From Chthonomonadales bacterium (GTDB taxonomy: Bacteria > Armatimonadota > Chthonomonadetes > Chthonomonadales > CAJBBX01): 64,000 nucleotides of DNA. Within the stretch, counting starts at the first letter, position 1, and every line of letters starts with the position of its first letter. The notes below the pieces were generated by a model. That model was not told the DNA's origin. It was given only the letters and a program-made list of their open reading frames with translations, and ran no database searches. Of the stretch, positions 26,889 to 36,400 are shown piece by piece. The stretch is from NCBI GenBank assembly GCA_038229495.1, contig JBBROJ010000008.1, positions 4,233 to 68,232 on the forward strand, written 5' to 3'. The translations under genes and the position numbers were made by a program.

Positions 26889-26923
26889 TCTGACAATCTC
26901 GAAGCTGCCACCGGGTCGCGTGC

Positions 26924-27673
26924 TTACTTCTCGGGTGTCAAGGATACGCGTACGTCGTTGCCCTTTTGGGAGAAGTCGTTATTGCGCAGCGTGAACACCA
27001 GGTCCTTCAGCTGCGTGCTCTGCGGCACGCTGAACAGGATAGCGAAATCGACCTTGGACCCAGGCAGGAGCGGCTTGCTCTGAATCGGCGCGCCCTCCAA
27101 ATCGTAGCCGACCGGCGCCTGCGACTCTCCCTGCGTGTCCGCCAGCGCGTTGTTCACGTCTTTACTTGCCATCCAAAAAGTCTGAGTCGTCTTCTGGCCG
27201 TTGGACATGCGGCACTGGACAATCACGAGCTTGTAGCCGGTCTTGGGCTTGAGCAAATGGGAGGTACGATTGTAGTCGATAATGTCCCTTGGATAGGAGC
27301 TTGGCTCCACCCCAAGAGTCTTCATGGTATAAGATTCTGGCATCTGGACGCTCAGCACCTGGAAGCGCCACCTGCCGTCGAAAAGCACGTCACCAATCTT
27401 TCCCTGCGAAACACCCTGCACCTGATTCGCGCCGCCGGCCTTCGTCAACTCATATCCGCCGGGCCGCTTGACAACCACCATTCCCAGAGCCTTCGCTATG
27501 TCCGCAAGCTTCACATAGGCGCTTCCGTTAATGGTGCGCACATCCGCCGGAACGGCCTTGCCATTCACCACCAGGTCGTCTCCGGCCAGCGCGGGCATTG
27601 CGGTGAGAACCAGCGCTAAAGGCAGCATCATGCGCGAAACGGCGGCCTTCAGGTTTGTGCCGGGTCGGTTCAT
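26924..27673 (-). CDS. Exported hypothetical protein (short N-terminal stalk-like domain plus beta-rich domain)
   Basis: Signal peptide; VNGKAV..DVRTINGSAYVKLADIAKALG N-terminal pattern; strong coding signal. Confidence 0.7.
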   Translation of the reverse strand: MNRPGTNLKAAVSRMMLPLALVLTAMPALAGDDLVVNGKAVPADVRTINGSAYVKLADIAKALGMVVVKRPGGYELTKAGGANQVQGVSQGKIGDVLFDGRWRFQVLSVQMPESYTMKTLGVEPSSYPRDIIDYNRTSHLLKPKTGYKLVIVQCRMSNGQKTTQTFWMASKDVNNALADTQGESQAPVGYDLEGAPIQSKPLLPGSKVDFAILFSVPQSTQLKDLVFTLRNNDFSQKGNDVRVSLTPEK

Positions 27674-27817
27674 TTCTCTTCCTTTCAATGTTCGGCGCTC
27701 AGTTGAGCAGTCCGCCGTTCAAGTTCTGCACAACCTCGACTCGCGGGAAACAGGAGTATAGCAGGAAGAGCGCAATTGCGAGAAGGATGCAAGCCATAAC
27801 CGCTCGCTCTTTTACGG

Positions 27818-28957
27818 TCATGGCCGCGTACCTTCACCAGATTTGATAGGATTTGGCTGACTGCCGACCATGCTCGGAGCTTCGGGCCACCCGTCTGCTG
27901 TCCACGTCATCTTCTCAATGCGGAGCTTTGGAGTGCCGCGGTCCTCGGCATCGTAGGAGTGATAGACCAGCCAGTCTGCCGACTTTTCTCGATAGACCGC
28001 GTTATGGCCCGGTCCCTTCCACCGCTCTCTACCCCACAATAGCCGCTTGCCTCCGCCTTCGAGCATCGGCTGTCCATCCCTGTCAACGTATGGTCCCGTA
28101 ATCTTGCCCGCTCTCCCCACTCGCACGTTGTAGGTGCTGGCGGCTCCCCTGCAGCAGATGTCGAAAGAGGCGAACAGGTAGTAGAACTTGCCACGGCGGA
28201 TGATATAAGGGGCCTCGATTGCTCCTTTGATATCGCCGCCTCGCGGCCGGCTCGCCAGCGAGAAAAGCTGCGAATCTCTCTCATCGCGCTTGCCTGTTGA
28301 CGCATCAATCCTCACCAGCTTGATGCCGCTCCAGAAGCTCCCGAACGAGAGCCAGGGGTTTCCCTTCTCATCCAGCGCAATATTGGGATCGATGGCATTC
28401 CAGTCGTCGGCCTGCTTCGACTCCACCACGATGCCCTCGTCTTTCCAGTGATAGCCGGGCCGCCTCGGATCGAGCGTCGTATTGGTCGCAAGTCCGATTG
28501 CGGACCGGTTCTTGCCGAATGTGGAGATCGAATAGTAGAGATGCCATCTGCCGTTGAAAAAGGAGATGTCGGGCGCCCAGTAGTAGTCGGTGGAGCCCGG
28601 GACAGTAGCCGCGGTCCAATCTATCGGCTTCTCGAAAACGCGTTCGGGGCGCCCCCAGGTGACCATATCTTTCGAGGTGTGAACGGTGATTCCACGTCCT
28701 GTCGAGAATACAAAATAGGTGTCTCTCTCCTTTGTCATCCCCGGATCGTGGACCCGCGACGTTTCACCTTTGACGTCCAGCGGTAGTTTCTTCTGAGAAG
28801 GTTCCTGCGCTTCCAAAGTACAGCCGCAGTCGAACCCCCGTTCATCTCCAACAGGGTAAGCAGCGTGACCGCCCACCGCGAGCAGTCCCAAGACACATAT
28901 CGAAGTAAAACCCGTGAGGATTCGATGCATGTACTTCATTTCGAATTCCATAACCAA
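27818..28957 (-). CDS. GH43 endo-1,5-alpha-L-arabinanase-like glycoside hydrolase
   Basis: VHDP, WAPDI, YYSISTFGKNRSAIGLAT, NAIDP, SFGSFWSGIK, IEAPYI, GPGHN, LVYHSYD. Confidence 0.9.
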   Translation of the reverse strand: MVMEFEMKYMHRILTGFTSICVLGLLAVGGHAAYPVGDERGFDCGCTLEAQEPSQKKLPLDVKGETSRVHDPGMTKERDTYFVFSTGRGITVHTSKDMVTWGRPERVFEKPIDWTAATVPGSTDYYWAPDISFFNGRWHLYYSISTFGKNRSAIGLATNTTLDPRRPGYHWKDEGIVVESKQADDWNAIDPNIALDEKGNPWLSFGSFWSGIKLVRIDASTGKRDERDSQLFSLASRPRGGDIKGAIEAPYIIRRGKFYYLFASFDICCRGAASTYNVRVGRAGKITGPYVDRDGQPMLEGGGKRLLWGRERWKGPGHNAVYREKSADWLVYHSYDAEDRGTPKLRIEKMTWTADGWPEAPSMVGSQPNPIKSGEGTRP

Positions 28958-29030
28958 ACCGAGGCCGGAGGGATGGCGCCGAAACCAGGACGATCATGTG
29001 GCTAGGGGAAAGGGAGGTCTATTAAAAGCG

Positions 29031-29240
29031 CTAATTTAGATCGTCTTCCGATAAGTTTGCAGACTTCAAAAGAAAAGAGAGCAGGCCGGTCTTTAACGGA
29101 CTATTTCCGTGTATCGGTACTGATAACCTTACTCGAACACCTTCTTTGCCGTAAATATGGTGGCTGCTTTGTATTCGGAGGAGCTTCCAGCCATGCCGTT
29201 CCAGCACCCGGGCAAGCTCTTTCCCCGATACCGACTTCAA
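29031..29240 (-). CDS. hicA: HicA-family mRNA interferase toxin
   Basis: SGKEL.R.LE.HGW.L.RI.SSHHIY.K...V.LSVP.HGN..LK.GLL..LLK.A.L. Confidence 0.88.
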   Translation of the reverse strand: MKSVSGKELARVLERHGWKLLRIQSSHHIYGKEGVRVRLSVPIHGNSPLKTGLLSFLLKSANLSEDDLN

Positions 29241-29440
29241 ACTGCTATCTCCATAACCCGATCTGTTTCGGAATGACCGGCGGCCTCAACGTCAACTGAT
29301 AGGCAACCCTCTACGGCGTCATAGAGATTTTGCAGCAACTCCTCAAATGTATCGCCCTGCGTCGCGCATCCTGGAATTGCCGGCACCTCCGCCCAAAAAC
29401 CGCCTTCCTCGGCTTCATGCACAACGATCTTAAGTTTCAT
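29237..29440 (-). CDS. hicB: HicB-family antitoxin
   Basis: LKIVVHEAEEGGFWAEVPAIPGCATQGDTFEELL.NL.DAVEGCL; 4-bp overlap with hicA. Confidence 0.9.
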   Translation of the reverse strand: MKLKIVVHEAEEGGFWAEVPAIPGCATQGDTFEELLQNLYDAVEGCLSVDVEAAGHSETDRVMEIAV

Positions 29441-29505
29441 GGGAATTATCCTTTATCACTATGATAACAAGACCGAGGTGCTGCCATCCAGGCCGCAATT
29501 ATGGT

Positions 29506-29844
29506 TCAGAGCGATTCACCGAAACCCAGTAGTTTGTGATCGTGGGGCGCGGAGGAGTGCATGTCGGCGAGGCGGTGACGGACCTCTTCGATCGAGAGGC
29601 CGGAATCCTGAACGGCGTCATGAATGAAGGCCCGGCGGTCGCGAGCGAGAAGCATGTCGATAGTGGCAATGCCGAGCACGTCCGAGAGCACGCCCAGCGC
29701 AGGCGCGATTCGGTGCAGCTCCTCCTCCGTACGGGCGCGAAGCATCTTGCGCGACAGGTCGATCTCGCCTTCCGCGCGTTCCAGCGGCGCGACCATGGTG
29801 AGATATTCCCGCAGCTTCTCCTGAATGAGTGTCGATTCGTCCAT
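29506..29844 (-). CDS. Hypothetical protein
   Basis: 112-aa ORF with genome-typical codon pattern, co-oriented downstream of accA; no motif recognised. Confidence 0.55.
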   Translation of the reverse strand: MDESTLIQEKLREYLTMVAPLERAEGEIDLSRKMLRARTEEELHRIAPALGVLSDVLGIATIDMLLARDRRAFIHDAVQDSGLSIEEVRHRLADMHSSAPHDHKLLGFGESL

Positions 29845-29848
29845 AGTA

Positions 29849-29943
29849 GGCGTGAGGCGTGAGGCGTGAGGCGTGAGGACCAGCGCTACGGTATGTGGCG
29901 GAGGTTGCTCCCTACTCGGAACTCACGTCTGGCGCCTCACGCC
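29849..29943. repeat. Inverted heptamer arrays (ggcgtga)x4 ... (tcacgcc)-like x3
   Basis: Read directly; the accA stop codon (29937-29939) lies inside the right arm. Confidence 0.85.
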
Positions 29944-30917
29944 TGCCGTTCCTCCCACGTTCCGTAGCAGCGCATGCGCTTGTAGCGGGATTCTACGATT
30001 TCCTGTATTTCGAGCGGCTTGAGCGCGCCCAGGTGCTTGATGAGTGCCGCTTTCAGGGTTTCGGCCATCTCCAGCGGGTTGCGGTGGGCGCCGCCCAGCG
30101 GCTCCGGCAACACCTCGTCTATCAGGCTGAACCGTTTGGCATTCTGCGCCGTAAGCTGAAGCGCCTCGGCGGCCTCAGCGCCCTTCGCTTTGTCGTGCCA
30201 TAGAATCGCCGCGCATCCCTCCGGAGAAATCACGGAATAGATGGAGTGCTCCAGCATCAGCACGCGGTCCGCCACGGCCACTCCAAGCGCGCCGCCGCTG
30301 CCGCCTTCGCCAATTACCACGCACACCACGGGCGTCTCCAGCAGGGCGAACTCACGCAGGTTCCGGGCAATCGCTTCGCTCACGCCGTGCTCCTCCGCCT
30401 TCAGGTCCGCCGCCGCGCCTGCTGTATCGACAAACGAGATCAACGGCTTGTGGAACTTCTCGGCCAGCTTTGCCAGGCGCAGCGCCTTGCGGAACCCTTC
30501 CGCATGCGCCATGCCGAAATTGCGCCGCTGACGCTCCTTCAGATCGCGGGCTTTCTGCTGCGCGATGACCACGACCGGCTCGCCATCCAGCCGCGCCAGG
30601 CCGCCGACCACCGCCTCGTCATTGCCCGCCATGCGGTCGCCGGAAAGCTCCATGAATTCGTCGAAGATGCTGCGAATGTAGTCGAGGGCGTAGGGCCGGT
30701 CCTTGTAGCGCGCCATCTGCACCTTCTCCCACGGCGAGAGATTGGTGTAGTGCTGCACCATCACGCGCTGCAGCTCGGCATCCAGCCGGGCAACCTCGAC
30801 GTCCACGTCGATGCCCTGATCGCGAGCTTCAGCCCGCCGTTGGGGACTCCTGAGCTGGATTATAAGGCCCTCCAGCTCGGCTATTACCTGCTCGAAATCG
30901 AACGCATTATCCGCCAT
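29937..30917 (-). CDS. accA: Acetyl-CoA carboxylase carboxyltransferase alpha subunit
   Basis: LSPWEKVQMARYKDRP, ELSGDR, RNFGM, GFRKALRL..LAEKF, DT.GA, IGEGGSGGAL, YSVISPEGCAAILW. Confidence 0.96.
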   Translation of the reverse strand: MADNAFDFEQVIAELEGLIIQLRSPQRRAEARDQGIDVDVEVARLDAELQRVMVQHYTNLSPWEKVQMARYKDRPYALDYIRSIFDEFMELSGDRMAGNDEAVVGGLARLDGEPVVVIAQQKARDLKERQRRNFGMAHAEGFRKALRLAKLAEKFHKPLISFVDTAGAAADLKAEEHGVSEAIARNLREFALLETPVVCVVIGEGGSGGALGVAVADRVLMLEHSIYSVISPEGCAAILWHDKAKGAEAAEALQLTAQNAKRFSLIDEVLPEPLGGAHRNPLEMAETLKAALIKHLGALKPLEIQEIVESRYKRMRCYGTWEERQA

Positions 30918-31812
30918 CGACACCCTCCGCCGGGTTTCCGCTTTTCCTGGTCGATCTGCGGGGCTTCGGTGCGGGGGCCGGCGGCTCCTCGAAGAAAGAG
31001 ATAAGGCTCGACAGCGCCGCCCGCATCTCTTTACGCGGAACAATTCGGTCCACCATCCCATGCTCCAACTGGAACTCGCTCGTTTGGAAGTTGTCCGGCA
31101 GCCTGCCGCCCAGCTCCTGATTCCCCACGCGTCTGCCCGCGAACCCGACAATCGCTCCCGGCTCAGCCAATATCAAGTCTCCCAAACATGCATAGCTGGC
31201 ATAGACCCCGCCCGTGGTCGGGTCCGTGAGAACGACGACGTAAGGAACCCCGCCCCGGTCCAGCTTTCCCGCCGCCGCGGAGGTCTTCGCCATCTGCATC
31301 AGTGACAAGAGTCCCTCCTGCATTCGCGCGCCGCCCGACGCGGAGAACATGATGACGGGAACGCGCTCGCGCAGGCCCCGTTCCATCGCCCGCGCAATCT
31401 TCTCGCCCACGACGGACCCCATCGACCCGCCCATGAATCCGAAATCCGCGACTCCTATTATAAGAGGACGGCCCTCAATCGTCGCGCGGCCGGTCACAAC
31501 CGCCTCCGAGCTTGTGGAGGTGTCGTTAGCACGCGCCAGCTTGTCTTTATAGTCCGGGAAATCGAGGGGATCGCGCGACACCAGGTTGGCATCCATCTCC
31601 TCGAACGAATCTTCGTCCACCGTGATTTCGAGCCGTTCAATCGCCGTCAACCGGTGGTGATACCCGCACTTCGGACAGACCTTGAGGCTGCGTTCGAGGT
31701 CACGCGCGAAGATGATCTGCCCGCAGCCCGCACACTTGGTCGCGAAGCCTTCCGGCACGTTTTCCGCCACGCGATCCCTCCGCTGTCTGCCGAACCAGCC
31801 ACGACCGGTCAT
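30907..31812 (-). CDS. accD: Acetyl-CoA carboxylase carboxyltransferase beta subunit
   Basis: KC..C...VCPKC zinc finger, FMGGSMGSVVGEKI, SGGARMQEG, DPTTGGVYAS, FAGRRV, FQTSEFQLEHGMVD. Confidence 0.96.
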   Translation of the reverse strand: MTGRGWFGRQRRDRVAENVPEGFATKCAGCGQIIFARDLERSLKVCPKCGYHHRLTAIERLEITVDEDSFEEMDANLVSRDPLDFPDYKDKLARANDTSTSSEAVVTGRATIEGRPLIIGVADFGFMGGSMGSVVGEKIARAMERGLRERVPVIMFSASGGARMQEGLLSLMQMAKTSAAAGKLDRGGVPYVVVLTDPTTGGVYASYACLGDLILAEPGAIVGFAGRRVGNQELGGRLPDNFQTSEFQLEHGMVDRIVPRKEMRAALSSLISFFEEPPAPAPKPRRSTRKSGNPAEGVDGG

Positions 31813-31861
31813 AACGTCCTCCGGGCGGCCTCCTGCAGGAGTCCAGCCGCGCAATAGAGAA

Positions 31862-31921
31862 AGTGTTGAGTACCGAGTACTGAGCGCTGAGTTAGTCCGA
31901 CTCAGCGCTCAGCACTCAGCA
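31862..31921. repeat. Inverted heptamer arrays (tgagtac-like x4 / ctcagca-like x3) between accD and pheA
   Basis: tgagtac cgagtac tgagcgc tgagtta ... ctcagcg ctcagca ctcagca. Confidence 0.85.
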
Positions 31922-31932
31922 CAGAGGTGTTC

Positions 31933-32997
31933 ATGAACTTAAACGAACTGCGTAAAGAGATCGACACAATTGACGAGCAGGTGGTCGCCTTGCTCAATCG
32001 CCGCGCGGAGATCGCGCAGGAGATCGGCCACCACAAGTCGCGCTCGAAATCATTTCATTATACTCCCGAACGCGAGCAAACCGTCTACAAGCGGCTCGCG
32101 ACCCTGAACAAGGGCCCTCTTCCGGTACAGTCCGTGCGCGCAATCTATCGGGAGATCATCTCCGCGTCACGCGCTCTGGAGAAGCCGCTCACGGTCGCCT
32201 ATCTCGGGCCGCCCGGCACCTTTTCGCACCAGGCGGGAATCACCAAGTTCGGGTCTTCGTCCGACTTTCATCCGACCGATGCGATCGCTGATATATTCGC
32301 GCAGGTAGAGCGAGGAACATGCGATTATGGCGTCGTGCCGGTGGAGAACTCGCTGTCCGGCGTGATTCCAGAGACGCTCGACACCTTCATGCAGACGAAT
32401 CTGCGAATCGTCTCCGAGTTGTTCGTGCCGATTGTTCACAACCTGGCGACGCGCTGCGAAACTATTGAGCAAGTGAAGCGAATCTACTCCAAGACGGAGC
32501 CGTTCGCGCAGTGCCGCCAGTGGCTGCGCTCCCACATGGCCCACGCCCAGCTGACCGAGGTTTCGAGCACCGCGCGGGCGGCGGAGATGGCGGCGGCAGA
32601 GCCCGATTCTGCTGCGCTATGCCCGGCTCTCGCAGCGGAGATGAATGGCCTGCCGATTCTCGTGGAGCACACAGAGGACAACCCGAGCAACCGCACCCGC
32701 TTCCTGGTCCTGGGCTACAACGAGCCCGAGCCTACGGGCCGTGACAAGACCTCCGTCATGTTCTCTGTTCACAACCGTAGCGGCGAGCTCTTTCGGGCGA
32801 TGGCTGCCTTCGAGAAGTACGATGTAAACCTTACGATGATCGAATCGCGGCCTGCCAAAGTGGCGGCCTGGGACTACATATTCTACATGGACGTTCAGGG
32901 CCACATTCGCGAAAAGAATGTGGCAAAAGCAGTAAGCCTGCTTCGAGAACACGCGCTTTTCGTAACCCTACTCGGAAGCTATCCCGCGGCGGATTGA
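31933..32997 (+). CDS. pheA: Bifunctional chorismate mutase / prephenate dehydratase
   Basis: LRKEID.IDEQ.V.LLNRRA (AroQ), VAYLGPPGTFS, GVVPVENS..G, N.TRFLV, ACT domain NLTMIESRP. Confidence 0.96.
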   Translation: MNLNELRKEIDTIDEQVVALLNRRAEIAQEIGHHKSRSKSFHYTPEREQTVYKRLATLNKGPLPVQSVRAIYREIISASRALEKPLTVAYLGPPGTFSHQAGITKFGSSSDFHPTDAIADIFAQVERGTCDYGVVPVENSLSGVIPETLDTFMQTNLRIVSELFVPIVHNLATRCETIEQVKRIYSKTEPFAQCRQWLRSHMAHAQLTEVSSTARAAEMAAAEPDSAALCPALAAEMNGLPILVEHTEDNPSNRTRFLVLGYNEPEPTGRDKTSVMFSVHNRSGELFRAMAAFEKYDVNLTMIESRPAKVAAWDYIFYMDVQGHIREKNVAKAVSLLREHALFVTLLGSYPAAD

Positions 32998-33211
32998 CGC
33001 CGGGGTTTCACGCGGCGATCAGATGATACGTGCGTTGTCACTATGTAACCTGTGTAACCAGTTTGCCGTTTGAATCGTAGATAGTAGAGGGAGTCTGGCA
33101 TTAGGCTATGAGTCCGCCCGGCCGAAGCGCTATTCGGCGCGAAGCCGGCAACATCGACGCCCGGCCATCCGCCCGGCCGGAACTGACCGCCGCACATACG
33201 AGGTATCCGCA

Positions 33212-34255
33212 ATGTTCTCTTTAAGAATTGGCAGCAGAGCAGGAGTTGGGATTCTCGCGTTTACTGCGCTGGGGTCTTCCCTGGCAGTGGCATTGCCGTC
33301 ATCGGCGCAGCTTCCGCCCGGCGATGCGCGAAAAATCTATCCGGGCGCCGACCTCTTGACCCGGCCGAAGCCCGCGCCTGACCCCACCTTTACGCACGGC
33401 GCGAGATTTATTCCGGGGGGCGGGTACGGCTACGGCGGCGGTAACTTTATCATCGTAAACGGCCAGCCCTGCTACGCGCCTGCCTACTACGGCGGGAGCT
33501 ACGGAGGCTACGGCAGCTATGGCGGCTATGGCGGCTATGGCGGCTTATATAATGGCTACAACACCGGTGGATACTCGTTCGGCTTAAATGCGGGCGGGCT
33601 GTCTCTCGGCTACCGGCAAAACAACGGCTATTACGGAACGGTTCCGCCTCCGGTAAGCTACGATAATCGGTACGGGTATGACCGTCAGGGAAACGGAGAC
33701 ACGTTCGGGCGAAGCGACACAAGGGCCGACGTTCGCAGCGAGCCCCGCCGCGATTTGGGCCAGGCGTCCGACGACGCCGCGCCCTACGCCGCGCGCCGCA
33801 CAGCTCCGCCCATCAAAACCGGCGAGGACGCGGGCAACGACTACTATCTGAACCGCAAACCCTCTCCGCTGCAAAAGGATCCTGCGCTCGCGCAGGCCGT
33901 GAAGGACATCGAGACGGCGTTCAGGACCGGCAATTCAGCCCTGATCGAGAAGCATCTGGACGCGTCCGAGAATCTCACGCTGATGTCCCAAGGGCGGTCC
34001 CGGAGGCAGCTCGAGGTGGCGACCTACGTCGAGATGACTAAAGACGCCCTCAAGGCGATAAAGACGGTCCAATACAGCCTGGACAAGGTCGAGCCCGCCT
34101 CCGGCAGCGGATGGATGGCATACGGGAAGCACGTCATGAAGGCCGACAACGGCGCAGAACAGACCTTCAGCGTCGGATTCGTGCTCAAGAAAAAGACGGA
34201 CAAGGACGGGGACCGCTGGATCATCACTGAGGTGAGCGCCGACCCCGCGAAGTAA
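33212..34255 (+). CDS. Exported hypothetical protein with Gly/Tyr-rich segment and C-terminal NTF2-like domain
   Basis: Signal peptide; GGYG repeats; C-terminal alpha/beta region ending W.ITEV. Confidence 0.7.
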   Translation: MFSLRIGSRAGVGILAFTALGSSLAVALPSSAQLPPGDARKIYPGADLLTRPKPAPDPTFTHGARFIPGGGYGYGGGNFIIVNGQPCYAPAYYGGSYGGYGSYGGYGGYGGLYNGYNTGGYSFGLNAGGLSLGYRQNNGYYGTVPPPVSYDNRYGYDRQGNGDTFGRSDTRADVRSEPRRDLGQASDDAAPYAARRTAPPIKTGEDAGNDYYLNRKPSPLQKDPALAQAVKDIETAFRTGNSALIEKHLDASENLTLMSQGRSRRQLEVATYVEMTKDALKAIKTVQYSLDKVEPASGSGWMAYGKHVMKADNGAEQTFSVGFVLKKKTDKDGDRWIITEVSADPAK

Positions 34256-34285
34256 GCAGACGCAAGATCGCCGTCAATGCGAATT

Positions 34286-34335
34286 CCATGAAAAACATCC
34301 GATATTTGAAGCGGCATACCGGGTGTTTTTCATGG
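34286..34335. repeat. Inverted repeat (16-bp arms), possible bidirectional terminator
   Basis: ccatgaaaaacatccg ... cgggtgtttttcatgg, 15/16. Confidence 0.6.
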
Positions 34336-34351
34336 CCGAAGGACGACCGCA

Positions 34352-34648
34352 ATGGAACGAGGGCAAGAGCTGCACGATAGATTCGCCCGAAACCTCCCTC
34401 TCTCGGAATCGGAGCGATTGGAACTAATGGAGTGGTATGCCGCAATGGATGCCGAAGAGTCCCGAACCGTGCGTATTCGTGACGGTTCCGATCGCATGTC
34501 GGTACAGGCTCAGATCGACGCGGCGCTTCATGACATAGAGGAGACCTCGAAGCGCCTCCTACAGGTTCGCGCCGAAAATCGGGTTCTCCGCCAGGAGATT
34601 CTACAGATGCAAAAGGACTTTCTGCAAAATCGAATGACAACCGCCTGA
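34352..34648 (+). CDS. Hypothetical coiled-coil protein coupled to HNH gene
   Basis: 98-aa ORF; stop overlaps the HNH ATG (TGATG). Confidence 0.65.
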   Translation: MERGQELHDRFARNLPLSESERLELMEWYAAMDAEESRTVRIRDGSDRMSVQAQIDAALHDIEETSKRLLQVRAENRVLRQEILQMQKDFLQNRMTTA

Positions 34649-35177
34649 TGCGACTGTCCTCGTCCATTCGACAGCAGGTCCGACAGCGGGCAGAGTTTGC
34701 ATGCGAATATTGCGGAGTCCGTGAACAGGACTCAGCCGGCGAATTGGCAATAGATCATTACCAGCCGCGTTCTCATGGAGGAGACGACTCACTCGCAAAT
34801 TTGATCTACTCCTGCCATCAGTGCAATATCCGCAAAAAGCGGCTACTGGCCCACCTCTCCCGATATGCTGCTGCTATGGAATCCCCGTTTGGAGCCTTCA
34901 TCAATTCACGTCGTTCTTCTCGACGATGGTACGCTTGTTCCCTCTCACCCCTGTCGGCGAATTCTCAATTAACCGCATAAGCCTGAACAGGCCGATTCTG
35001 ACGGCATACCGCAGAGCGAACCTCCGAACCCGGCAGGAGGAACGAAGCGCAACGGAAGCTCGCGAGATTCTGAATGCATTGCGTCTCCTAAAGGAGGAGT
35101 TCGGGGAAGCGGCTACAGAGCAGCGTGAGCTTTTGCAAGAGCTGCGGCGAGGGATGAAACGGAGGAAACGGGGATAG
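34648..35177 (+). pseudogene. HNH endonuclease with two +1 frameshifts
   Basis: CEYCG....IDHYQPRS.GG.D...NLIYSCHQCN; continues as SGYWP...LWNP after an extra A in AAAAA (~34835) and as PLTPVGEF.I..I.LNRP.L after an extra C (~34940). Confidence 0.75.
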
Positions 35178-35229
35178 TGGTTCCGCGGGAACCCTCGTCT
35201 CACTGGTCGCATCGAGTTGGGTTTATGTG

Positions 35230-36318
35230 TTAGCCCAGCAATCCCACGATAGCCTCTGCCGCGCGGCAGGCGCCGCTGTCGGGAACCAGCCTCCGGGCGG
35301 AAGCGCGCATGGTGGATGCCGATAGCGGATCGAGTAAGCGCTCAATCACGGACGGAAGCGTTTCGGCGGAGAGCTCGGGGACGCACAGGCCCGCGCCGGC
35401 AGATTCAATGGCGCGGGCGCGCGCCTCCTGATCGTCCACCTGCCGCTCGAAGGGAACGAACGCGGAGGGGACGCCGTGGTGCAGAAGCTCCATCGCGGTG
35501 TTGTAGCCCGCCGCCGAGAGGGCGGCGTCGAAGGCGGGGTAGAGCTCCGCCATTGGGTAGTAATCGACCGGCGTAACGGATTCGCCCCGGAAAACTCGCC
35601 CCCGATAGAGAGGCGCGCTTGCGACCGCCAGATGAAGGCCGGGCCGATTAGAGAGCGCATCCACCGCCTTACTGAGCGCGTCGTCCATATCCGCGTCGCC
35701 GCCGCCCCCAAAGGTTATGTAGACTACTTGCTTGTCGGGCGGCAGGCCAAGAATGTGCCGCGCGTCCCCACGGGGCTTCGTTTCGCTGTGTTCACGGATG
35801 AGAATTGGGCCCGTCCACACGCGCTCCAATCCCTCCGGCATGGGGGCCTCCACCTCCCCCTCGAAATGCGGGATTAACGCGAGGTCGTAGAGTTGGAGCG
35901 TGTTCTGCATCAGCGGACTCTGCGCGGTCTCGGGCCGCTGCTCGCGATAGACGAACACCTTCCGCGATTCCCATCGCAGGACCGGCAGAAGCTCCTGAAT
36001 TGCACCGGCCGGAAAGGTATCGACGACCAGAATGTGCGGATGAAATGAGGCGAGGAGATTCAGCGTCACCGTCTGGAGCATCCGCGCGTAGGTGGCCGAG
36101 CGCAGGCGCGCCTCCGTCCGAATCGTCTTCGACGGCACCTTGAACGCCGCGAATCCCTCGCGAAAGATCACGTCCTCCGCCTCGGAAGAGGTGAAGAAGA
36201 CGATTTCGGCTTCCGGAACGAGCGCGCGAACCTGCCTTGCAATCGCCAGCAGGCGCGTCACGTGCCCGAGACCCAGGCCGTTTACGGCATAGAAGAGGAT
36301 TCGAGGGGAACGAAGCAT
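35230..36318 (-). CDS. GT-B glycosyltransferase (GT28/MurG C-terminal-like)
   Basis: NGLGLGHVTR, ITFGGGG, SAAGYNT..E.L..GVPS.FVP..RQVDDQ.ARA. Confidence 0.85.
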   Translation of the reverse strand: MLRSPRILFYAVNGLGLGHVTRLLAIARQVRALVPEAEIVFFTSSEAEDVIFREGFAAFKVPSKTIRTEARLRSATYARMLQTVTLNLLASFHPHILVVDTFPAGAIQELLPVLRWESRKVFVYREQRPETAQSPLMQNTLQLYDLALIPHFEGEVEAPMPEGLERVWTGPILIREHSETKPRGDARHILGLPPDKQVVYITFGGGGDADMDDALSKAVDALSNRPGLHLAVASAPLYRGRVFRGESVTPVDYYPMAELYPAFDAALSAAGYNTAMELLHHGVPSAFVPFERQVDDQEARARAIESAGAGLCVPELSAETLPSVIERLLDPLSASTMRASARRLVPDSGACRAAEAIVGLLG

Positions 36319-36324
36319 AGAATG

Positions 36325-36387
36325 GGTATTCAGGTGCTCAGGTATTCAGTTGTTCATGAGCGCTGCCCGCCTGAATACCCGAACGCA
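36325..36387. repeat. Inverted octamer arrays (ggtattca-like x4 / tgaatacc-like)
   Basis: ggtattca ggtgctca ggtattca gttgttca ... tgaatacc cgaacgca. Confidence 0.75.
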
Positions 36388-36400
36388 TGACCATCTTCCG

